Virus record (IMG/VR): IMGVR_UViG_3300016478_000046
Coordinates: 1 to 28,869 of that record
Length of the DNA stretch: 28,869 nucleotides
Direction: 5' to 3' (one strand)
DNA from: a virus
Taxonomy: Duplodnaviria; Caudoviricetes
Of this stretch, positions 8,969-16,196 are shown piece by piece; the stretch's first letter is position 1, and every line of letters starts with the position of its first letter. The notes under the pieces are model-generated. The model did not search any database, was not told the origin of the DNA, and saw only the letters and a program-made list of their open reading frames with translations. The translations under genes and the position numbers were made by a program.

Positions 8969-10216
8969 TTATTCGTCACTATTCAACCACTCAATAAACA
9001 AGTTTCTCATACGTTTACTCAAGAAGTAAATAGTAATTGGTTTACCATTGCGTACAGCACTTCTAAATACCCATTGCACAAGCTCTGCTGTTGCATAAGC
9101 ATCTCTGTCAATATCAAACCCGTAATCCTTTAAATAAACCTCAACAGGCATAGTGGGATAACGGTTATAAGCATGACACAGTACGTTTTTGTGTGCAAAG
9201 TCGTTAGTAGCTCTAGCAGAACTATAAATCCAACAAGTGTTAGGTGTTGACTTACCTTTAATTGTGGAGGGATAGTCTCTGATTCTAGCATTAACAGCAC
9301 CATTGGCTTTACAAACAAATGATTTAGGTGTTGTAAACATAAATACTTCTGCACCTTCCGATTGGTCTCCACACCACCTAATAGCATTTACAATTACTTT
9401 CTTATCATCTTGAGTAGCATTCTTATACCAAGAATAACTAAGTGCTAGTCTATCTAATTGCTTCAAATCCCTGTGTTCACCAACAGTAATAAGTTTTCTA
9501 AGACCATCTTTTACTTGAAGGTTACAAGGTTTAAAACCATCATACTTAACACGTTTTATATCTTTTAGTGCTAAATACCCATCAAGAATAGAGCCATCAA
9601 ACATATAAGTACACAGTATTACTCTTTCTGCTGCTGTAACTAAACCAATAGGTAAATGAATAGTTAAAAGCTCTTGTTTTCGTTTTGATGAGAACAACAC
9701 ACCAATGTCGCATAGCTGTTTTAGTTTAAGAAACACACTTTCTTTCTTGTGTTTCAACTTATCAAGGTCATCGTCAACCCATTTAACAGCACCTAAATTA
9801 TCTTCATCAGATACAATCATTCCTTTAATGAAAGCCATTTCTATATCACCCATCCTTACACCAATATCACTATCAACTAAATTGACTTCCTCGTCAATGA
9901 TTAGTATATATTTGTTTAACTCGACTTGTTTGAGATGTTCCTTTGTCATCTTACGAAACAAGGAGTGCGTACAAGAAATGTTTTTACCATTAGTTAATAA
10001 TTCTAATAGATTGTCACTTTTAGTTGCGTCATCTGTCACCTCTGGTTGATGAAAGACTGATGTCTTGATTGTATTAGGTACTCTTTCGTGTACCTCAGTT
10101 AGTAAAGGTGTTACATAAATGTATTTTTGTTGTGGATTGTTATTAATGTAGTTAAAGATGTGTGAACTCTTTCCGCTACCACAAATAGCATCTAATACTT
10201 CTACTGTATCTGTCAT
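8969..10216 (-). CDS. SF2 helicase-like / putative origin-binding protein
   Basis: Walker A DAICGSGKS, YVTP, THSLF, Walker B IIDEE, ELVQWVFRSAVR. Confidence 0.8.
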   Translation of the reverse strand: MTDTVEVLDAICGSGKSSHIFNYINNNPQQKYIYVTPLLTEVHERVPNTIKTSVFHQPEVTDDATKSDNLLELLTNGKNISCTHSLFRKMTKEHLKQVELNKYILIIDEEVNLVDSDIGVRMGDIEMAFIKGMIVSDEDNLGAVKWVDDDLDKLKHKKESVFLKLKQLCDIGVLFSSKRKQELLTIHLPIGLVTAAERVILCTYMFDGSILDGYLALKDIKRVKYDGFKPCNLQVKDGLRKLITVGEHRDLKQLDRLALSYSWYKNATQDDKKVIVNAIRWCGDQSEGAEVFMFTTPKSFVCKANGAVNARIRDYPSTIKGKSTPNTCWIYSSARATNDFAHKNVLCHAYNRYPTMPVEVYLKDYGFDIDRDAYATAELVQWVFRSAVRNGKPITIYFLSKRMRNLFIEWLNSDE

Positions 10217-10249
10217 ATTGTCACCTGTTGTTTGTTAATTTAAGAACAT

Positions 10250-10277
10250 ATAATACCATACTTTAGGCATTTTACAA
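10250..10277 (-). promoter_or_regulatory. sigma70-type promoter (leftward)
   Basis: TTGTAA-16bp-TATTAT with extended TG. Confidence 0.6.
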
Positions 10278-10299
10278 GTAATTCTTATGGGAATTATAA

Positions 10300-10630
10300 A
10301 TATAACGGAATCGCTTGTAAGTGGTTGTTTTTATTGAAGAAAAATCGAATTTTGGCGCAAATAACGCCTAACAATACCTAAAACAACCTAATTTAAACAC
10401 TAATTGTATTCTATCAACACCTAATCACTTGTGTATAAGATACAAGAAATCAAAGAAAATAGCACACCTAAGAACAACTAAAATATGTGTTTTTATACAA
10501 GAAATAAAGGAAAAGTAGCAACTTTTACAATTTTCCCTAATAGAGAGTAGCACACCAAAAAATAGCACACATAGCCATTACTTTATCCATTTGTACCCAT
10601 TTCTTGTTCTTTTAGATAATGTATTGTCTT
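10300..10630. repeat. repeat-rich non-coding region, candidate replication origin
   Basis: CCTAA at 10367/10377/10387/10420; ATACAAGAAAT at 10440 and 10495; TAGCACAC at 10460/10548/10563; located where gene orientation diverges. Confidence 0.55.
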
Positions 10631-10663
10631 TCCAACAAAACAAATAATTATTTATGTATTGTG

Positions 10664-10692
10664 TTGACAAAGATAAAACAATCAATTAAGAT
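10664..10692 (+). promoter_or_regulatory. sigma70-type promoter (rightward)
   Basis: TTGACA-17bp-TAAGAT. Confidence 0.85.
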
Positions 10693-10739
10693 ATGTCTCA
10701 GGCAGGTACATTGTGTTGTTTTATTAAGAGGTAAAAGAA

Positions 10740-11159
10740 ATGTCCATACCTAATCATATTGGTGTTAATAAAGCCAAGCTAAAAGAAAAAAACATCACAA
10801 ACAACATGACTGATGTTGAATTTGATGCTTATTGTGCTAAATCTTACCTAAGTAAGATGCAATCTTGTCAACAAAGAGGTATAGAGTTTAAACTTAATTT
10901 CACTTCTTTTAAGAACTTGATGAGAGCTAAGAAGTGTTATTATACAGGTGTAACACTTACTAGAGGTGGTGGACAAGAAAACAATCCTAATTACTTAACA
11001 ATAGATAGAATTGATAATAAACTTCCGTACCAGAAAGGTAATGTTGTTGCTTGCTGTACCAAAGCTAACCAATTAAAAGCATTGGTTGAGAATAGCGGTA
11101 TGACAATGAAACAAGCATTTAATGTGTTTAAGAAAACTGTAGAAAGAGGTGTATTGTGA
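10740..11159 (+). CDS. HNH-like protein resembling the T4 Srd family
   Basis: RGIEFKL...CYYTG...TIDRIDN...Y..GNVVACC..ANQLK. Confidence 0.7.
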   Translation: MSIPNHIGVNKAKLKEKNITNNMTDVEFDAYCAKSYLSKMQSCQQRGIEFKLNFTSFKNLMRAKKCYYTGVTLTRGGGQENNPNYLTIDRIDNKLPYQKGNVVACCTKANQLKALVENSGMTMKQAFNVFKKTVERGVL

Positions 11160-11347
11160 ATCTATCCCTTAACTACGTACGTGGTGCTAACAATACAATC
11201 AGTGTAGTTGACAAACAAAACGTGTATTTGTGCAGTATCGTTATAAATCACTTTGGCATGATAGCATTTGAGCAAGAACGTGTTTTGACAATCATTGAAC
11301 AGCAAGAGATACGTCATGTTTGTCAAAGATTACAACAAGTGGTATAG
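11156..11347 (+). CDS. small hypothetical protein
   Basis: GTG start overlapping the upstream stop; GAGG SD. Confidence 0.7.
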   Translation: MNLSLNYVRGANNTISVVDKQNVYLCSIVINHFGMIAFEQERVLTIIEQQEIRHVCQRLQQVV

Positions 11348-11355
11348 GTGATAAA

Positions 11356-11952
11356 ATGAGTAAATTAGTTTACGGTGTTGCCGTTAACGATAAAACAAGA
11401 CCTGCTAAGGTTGATGGTAAAATGGTTAAAGAATACAAACTGTGGGAAAGTATGTTAAGACGCTGTTTTAGTGAAAAGTATCAAACACACCAACCAACCT
11501 ATAAAGACTGTAATGTTTCTGATAACTTCTTAAGCTACAGTTGCTTCTATGATTGGTGTCATAAACAAACAGGTTTTGGTAAGGTTGATGAAAAAGGACG
11601 TTGTTGGCAATTGGATAAGGATTTGTTATTCATCGGTAACAAAACATATTCCGAAACAGCTTGTGTTTTTGTGCCACAAGAGATAAACTCGTTTTTTACT
11701 GACAGAGGAAACAACAGAGGTGAATACCCTGTAGGTGTTGGTTTTTACAAACGATACGGTAAGTTTGTGGCACATTGTAATGTAAACGGTAAACGACAAC
11801 ATCTAGGTTACTTTAACACACCACAAGAAGCCTTTGCTGTTTATAAAACATTTAAAGAAAACCTGTGCAAACAATTAGCTTTAAAATGGCAACCTGAAAT
11901 TGACGAAAGACTATTTAATGCAATGATGAATTGGGAGATAAACCATGACTAG
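11356..11952 (+). CDS. HNH-like (DKD)/AP2 endonuclease, copy 2
   Basis: MLRRC...PTY..C.VSDNF...WQLDKD...CVFVP.EIN; GV.F.K...HLGYF..PQEA; start at ATG 11356 by alignment with the other copies and AGGTGA SD. Confidence 0.88.
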   Translation: MSKLVYGVAVNDKTRPAKVDGKMVKEYKLWESMLRRCFSEKYQTHQPTYKDCNVSDNFLSYSCFYDWCHKQTGFGKVDEKGRCWQLDKDLLFIGNKTYSETACVFVPQEINSFFTDRGNNRGEYPVGVGFYKRYGKFVAHCNVNGKRQHLGYFNTPQEAFAVYKTFKENLCKQLALKWQPEIDERLFNAMMNWEINHD

Positions 11953-12967
11953 ACTGTGTTATGATTTCGACACCGTGAAGTATGCCGTTGGGTTCTCATC
12001 AGAGAACAGATATATAATTGCAACAAACAAAATCACAGGTAACTCTTTAACATTAAAGAACAGAACAGCTTTGAAAGAACATCTTGAGGCTTTTAACGCT
12101 AATCGTGAATCACCATTGTTGGCGTCAGAGTTTGACATACAAGACATACAAGAGGCGATGAGTGCTGATGTTGTTTCTAAGATACTAAATACCACAATTA
12201 CCAATATCATGAAGCATTTAGGAGCAAAAGATATATATGGGTATATCGGTCAAGGTAAGGTGTTTAGACATGACATCGCTAAAATACGACCATACAAAGG
12301 TGGTAGAAGTTCTTTAAAGCCTGTCAATCTTCCCTTGATTGAAGAAATGCTGTTAGAACGCTTTAATGCTAAGATTGCTACAGACAATTTAGAAGCAGAT
12401 GATTTCTTGTCTATTGATAGCTATACTGCATGGAAAGATTGGTCTAAAACTAAGCATCAAAAAGATAGGTTGATTGTTGTGACAGAAGATAAAGATGCTT
12501 TGCAATGCGGTGGTAGTCATTTGTTCAATCCAACAAAGATGACATTACCATTCACAATTAAGAATGAGCTTGGTGAAGTGAGTTTAAGAGATGACACAAA
12601 GGCTAAAACTATCACTGGGTGGGGACGTAAGTTTCTTTACAGCCAGCTATTGTTAGGCGATAGTGTTGATAATTACTCCCCTACTGCTTTGGTATATAAA
12701 GATAATCCTCATAAAAGGTTCGGTGATGTTGTTTGCTTTAATTTATTAAATAAATTAAATACAGATGAAGAGTGTTTAAAAGCTATTGTTGAGCAGTACA
12801 AGAAATGGTATGCTACGCCTGTCACATTCACAAGCCATGATGGGAATGAATACACCTACACATGGTTAGACGCAGCTAACGAAATTTGGACTTTAGCTCG
12901 AATGAAACGATTTGTAGGTGATGATGTGACGTTTGGCGAAGTGTTAAATAAGTTTGGTATTATTTGA
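11945..12967 (+). CDS. 5'-3' exonuclease (T7 gp6/FEN-like)
   Basis: YDFD, FR....YKG.R, EADD, DKD and GDSVDN acidic motifs. Confidence 0.88.
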   Translation: MTRLCYDFDTVKYAVGFSSENRYIIATNKITGNSLTLKNRTALKEHLEAFNANRESPLLASEFDIQDIQEAMSADVVSKILNTTITNIMKHLGAKDIYGYIGQGKVFRHDIAKIRPYKGGRSSLKPVNLPLIEEMLLERFNAKIATDNLEADDFLSIDSYTAWKDWSKTKHQKDRLIVVTEDKDALQCGGSHLFNPTKMTLPFTIKNELGEVSLRDDTKAKTITGWGRKFLYSQLLLGDSVDNYSPTALVYKDNPHKRFGDVVCFNLLNKLNTDEECLKAIVEQYKKWYATPVTFTSHDGNEYTYTWLDAANEIWTLARMKRFVGDDVTFGEVLNKFGII

Positions 12968-12975
12968 GGTGAATT

Positions 12976-13191
12976 ATGAAAAAGTATTATGTTGCAGAGG
13001 TGTTAGATTGGAACAATGGCACTGTTCGCAGGATAAGTCCAATCTTTGATAGCTATGAAAAGGCTATGGAGTGGGACGCGCCAGATGAATATTCTGATGA
13101 ATGTTTGGTAACTGTTTCTCTACAAGACACCGACATTGTAGAACAAGACACACAGAGTATGTGGGTGTCTGTTAAGGACTGGAGAAAATAA
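12976..13191 (+). CDS. small acidic hypothetical protein
   Basis: GAGGTGA SD; operon context. Confidence 0.7.
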   Translation: MKKYYVAEVLDWNNGTVRRISPIFDSYEKAMEWDAPDEYSDECLVTVSLQDTDIVEQDTQSMWVSVKDWRK

Positions 13192-13494
13192 ATGAAAACA
13201 CATACAATTTATCGTAAACCAAATTCTAATGACTTTGGGAGTCAACCTACATTTGTCGATAATGACATAAGTGTTGTTGGCCTTATTGAAGTAACAATGC
13301 AACAACATAAGAACAGGTGTGGTTTATTCGTTGGTAGTAAAGATGTGATGTATTACCGTGAGTTTAGAGCAGTTGACAACAGTTTTAAGCACATTGAGCG
13401 TTGTGAAGATTGGTTTGAGAACATTGCTTTGAGTTGGGAAGATGTTACGATTTCTTCATTAGAAGCCTGTGATTTTAAACGTGTAGATGCTTGA
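13192..13494 (+). CDS. hypothetical protein
   Basis: GGAG SD; abuts the upstream stop. Confidence 0.7.
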   Translation: MKTHTIYRKPNSNDFGSQPTFVDNDISVVGLIEVTMQQHKNRCGLFVGSKDVMYYREFRAVDNSFKHIERCEDWFENIALSWEDVTISSLEACDFKRVDA

Positions 13495-13519
13495 CAATAA
13501 CATTCCTTTCAATTATGAT
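13491..13519 (+). promoter_or_regulatory. sigma70-type promoter upstream of denV
   Basis: TTGACA-17bp-TATGAT. Confidence 0.85.
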
Positions 13520-13552
13520 TCTCTCATTCTAAACAAGTGAGAGAATATCAAT

Positions 13553-13951
13553 ATGACTCGCATTAACACTGTTCCTATTCAAGAACTAACAAATCAACAT
13601 TTATTAGCTGAATATAAAGAGATTGTGCGGCCATTCTCTTTGGTGCGTAATGCACAAGCTAAAGGTGTCAACAAATATAATCTCCATTCTAAATACAAAG
13701 TACCAAGTGAATATACATTGGGTACAGGCCATGTCTTGTTCTTTTATAACAAGCTATCCTATCTTCTAAAGCGTTATAATGCTCTGCAACAAGAGCTTAT
13801 TGTACGAGGCTATAACATCAATCCTGTAGCAGATAAAGACCTTACTGACGGTATTAGAAGCGAATGGTTTGGTGATTATGAGCCTACACAAGATGCTTTA
13901 GCTATCAATCGTGAACGTATTGCTAAAAGATTAAGTGGAGATAAAACATGA
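13553..13951 (+). CDS. denV: pyrimidine dimer DNA glycosylase / endonuclease V
   Basis: MTRIN...L..QHLLAEY.EI.R...LGTGHV.FFY.KL, as in T4 endonuclease V (catalytic Thr2 and Glu). Confidence 0.95.
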   Translation: MTRINTVPIQELTNQHLLAEYKEIVRPFSLVRNAQAKGVNKYNLHSKYKVPSEYTLGTGHVLFFYNKLSYLLKRYNALQQELIVRGYNINPVADKDLTDGIRSEWFGDYEPTQDALAINRERIAKRLSGDKT

Positions 13952-14193
13952 GTAGTTTTGAACAAAGAATTAACAAAATAAGTAAGATAATACAAACAGA
14001 GACAGATGGTGAGTATGCTCTACAACCTTTGGCAAACAATTTTGTTAGGTTATTTTATAAAGGAACAAGTGTTCTTGATTTTTGTGTTAGTGGTAAAACA
14101 GAGAGACGTGTATATGATGATGTCAACACACTTGTAAAGTTCTCCCTTTTAAAACTAATTGTAGATGTAGAATCTACGTTAAATAATTGTTGA
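13948..14193 (+). CDS. hypothetical protein
   Basis: ATGA overlap; GGAG SD. Confidence 0.7.
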   Translation: MSSFEQRINKISKIIQTETDGEYALQPLANNFVRLFYKGTSVLDFCVSGKTERRVYDDVNTLVKFSLLKLIVDVESTLNNC

Positions 14194-14218
14194 CAACACA
14201 ATTTCTTGTGTGTAAGAT
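14190..14218 (+). promoter_or_regulatory. sigma70-type promoter
   Basis: TTGACA-17bp-TAAGAT. Confidence 0.85.
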
Positions 14219-14250
14219 TAGCAGCATACAAAGTAAAGAGAGGTGAAATT

Positions 14251-14370
14251 ATGAAAAATCTTCGTAACCAATTATTCCTCTGCGAGAAAGACCTTGTTGT
14301 AGACAATAAAACATTTAAACAGGGTGAGTGTTACGCTAGCGCATCCACTTGTAAGAAAATATCAGTATGA
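14251..14370 (+). CDS. 39-aa ORF (MKNLRNQLFLCEKD...), possibly the 5' half of a frameshifted gene
   Basis: Strong GAGGTGA SD right after a promoter; read manually. Confidence 0.65.
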   Translation: MKNLRNQLFLCEKDLVVDNKTFKQGECYASASTCKKISV

Positions 14371-14585
14371 TGATGAATGGCGAATTTGTATCTGTACACG
14401 GTGCAGACCTTATTCTCCACTTCAAGATGGTAAACAGTCCTATTGTACTAGATTGTTTGTTGAAATCTATCAAAGGAATGAAGAAGAACACACATCTTGA
14501 GTGTGTAACAAATGAGTTTGTGATTGACAGCTTGTTAAGAGATGCAAAAGTTTACATGAATGCTTTTAAAACGGTGGCAATATGA
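14367..14585 (+). CDS. hypothetical protein, possibly the 3' half of a frameshifted gene
   Basis: ATGA overlap; no SD of its own. Confidence 0.6.
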   Translation: MMMNGEFVSVHGADLILHFKMVNSPIVLDCLLKSIKGMKKNTHLECVTNEFVIDSLLRDAKVYMNAFKTVAI

Positions 14586-14806
14586 AAACATTTGACATCT
14601 ACTTGACACAATACGGTGTTACTGTTAGTGTGGGTGTACACAGTCCTAATGCTGTTATCACTCCTTACGATATCTCTATAGAGAGTGTTAGTAAACACGG
14701 TAAAGAGGTGAAGCGTACATGGTGGGAATCTATTAATGAGAATGTCTTGTACGATGTTCTCACTAAAGAAGTTAATGATTTGATGTATAATTTGAGAGGT
14801 AATTGA
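14582..14806 (+). CDS. hypothetical protein
   Basis: ATGA overlap; GGTGG SD. Confidence 0.7.
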   Translation: MKTFDIYLTQYGVTVSVGVHSPNAVITPYDISIESVSKHGKEVKRTWWESINENVLYDVLTKEVNDLMYNLRGN

Positions 14807-14807
14807 T

Positions 14808-14999
14808 ATGTTAGCTGTTTCTGTTGTTTTAGCAATTATGTTGTCTGTAATTGCGTTTGTAATGTTCTTTAAAGATTTATACAAGATGTTTAAAGAACCT
14901 AGTTTTAAAACATTCAAAGATATTTGTTTTAGTGCTGTTGTGTTTGTGTTCTGTACGTTTTATGCTAATGTTTCTTTGTTGCTGCAAGAGGTGGTGTGA
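14808..14999 (+). CDS. small membrane protein (2 TM)
   Basis: Two hydrophobic stretches; GAGGT SD. Confidence 0.7.
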   Translation: MLAVSVVLAIMLSVIAFVMFFKDLYKMFKEPSFKTFKDICFSAVVFVFCTFYANVSLLLQEVV

Positions 15000-15232
15000 T
15001 GTACACAGAATCATGCCATTCATGTGGTAAAGATGGACTTAAACGAGAGAATGGTAGTTTGTATGAGTTTAATGGTTGGTTACATTGTTGCGGAACAACT
15101 CCAGCTAATCGTAGAGTAAACTACTATAGTAGTACACAATTATCAACAAACTATGATTTTGATAACAGTATTGAGTTTTTAGATTTAAGTAGAGAGACAC
15201 AACATGATTACACAACACATTACAATGACTAA
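14999..15232 (+). CDS. small protein with CxxC...HCC (possible Zn finger)
   Basis: CHSC and LHCC; GAGGTGG SD; start is ATG 14999 or GTG 14996. Confidence 0.65.
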   Translation: MYTESCHSCGKDGLKRENGSLYEFNGWLHCCGTTPANRRVNYYSSTQLSTNYDFDNSIEFLDLSRETQHDYTTHYND

Positions 15233-15452
15233 TTTAAAGATTGATAAATCTTCTTGTAAATATACAGCAAAGCTATTGCACACTAAAAGTATTTTTGGTA
15301 GAGTATATAGCACAAACAATGTGCTTGTAAGTGGTTTTGCTACAGCAAGTGACGTTAAAGTGAATGATACAGATGGTGTCATTAGTGACAAACCTATCTG
15401 TCGTCAACAAGTGTTAAAGGCTGTTAAAGAACAGTATAAGTGCTTCATTTAG
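15204..15452 (+). CDS. hypothetical protein (start 15204 or 15225)
   Basis: Operon context. Confidence 0.6.
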   Translation: MITQHITMTNLKIDKSSCKYTAKLLHTKSIFGRVYSTNNVLVSGFATASDVKVNDTDGVISDKPICRQQVLKAVKEQYKCFI

Positions 15453-15481
15453 TGTTTATGTTTATTTAGAGGTGAATTAAA

Positions 15482-16129
15482 ATGGCTATTTATGAAAATA
15501 AGTTCGAGATTGGTGATAAGGTTGTTGTCACAAACAAAATGCATTGTTTTGACATTTGGCTAGATATGGCTTCTGTAATGGAAGTTAAAAACTTTTCAAA
15601 TGCTTGGCCTGATGAAAGAGAAGTCCACAAGGTTATCTCTTACACACTGCAGCCTAAAACAAACCAATTCATTTATCATGTAAAAAACTGTGTTACAGAA
15701 CAAGGTTATCTGATGCTAGAAGAAGGTCTTGAGCTTTACAATGGACAGGATAAAGAAAAAGTGGAACAATCGCCAAAACAACAATACAAACAACGGGCTA
15801 AATGGGTGATGAATACAGGTAGTAAACCTGATTTACCTGATGGTACATTAGTAAAGGCAGTTTTCGATGAAGGTGGTGTTATTGCGGAGGTTGACAAATT
15901 ACGTTGGTCTATTGCTGACCACATATGGCAAACAAACATAGTTAAATGGAAATTAGCAGACGATTGGAATAAGGTAGTTAATGGACAAGCTCCTGATATT
16001 GATGGCGATACATTGGTTGATATTAAATGGGTTGATGGAGAAATTCACAAAGACTATCACATGAGAACTGTTGTAGGGTGGCCTGATGTCAAAAAGTGGC
16101 GTTATGCTAAAGAGAAGAAAGCTAAATAG
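15482..16129 (+). CDS. hypothetical protein: SH3-like N-terminus plus two W-rich repeats
   Basis: KFEIGDKV; repeats W...G..PD....LV....G...VKW(K/R); GAGGTGA SD. Confidence 0.8.
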   Translation: MAIYENKFEIGDKVVVTNKMHCFDIWLDMASVMEVKNFSNAWPDEREVHKVISYTLQPKTNQFIYHVKNCVTEQGYLMLEEGLELYNGQDKEKVEQSPKQQYKQRAKWVMNTGSKPDLPDGTLVKAVFDEGGVIAEVDKLRWSIADHIWQTNIVKWKLADDWNKVVNGQAPDIDGDTLVDIKWVDGEIHKDYHMRTVVGWPDVKKWRYAKEKKAK

Positions 16130-16139
16130 CTGTAAAATG

Positions 16140-16168
16140 TTGACAAACAGACAAGGATGTTATTTAAT
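16140..16168 (+). promoter_or_regulatory. probable sigma70-type promoter for the primase-helicase
   Basis: TTGACA-17bp-TTTAAT (imperfect -10). Confidence 0.5.
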
Positions 16169-16196
16169 TTATTTAAATAATTTAATGAGGTGAATG

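Noticed and set aside
157-10049. Plus-strand ORFs in the left arm (e.g. 157-372, 565-822, 1395-1640, 4621-4908, 8510-8794, 9705-10049)
   Set aside because: Antisense shadows of well-supported minus-strand genes, with no SD or recognisable motifs.
10361-10600. Possible CRISPR or mini-array in the intergenic repeats
   Set aside because: Repeats are short, degenerate and irregularly spaced; there is no repeat-spacer periodicity and no cas gene.
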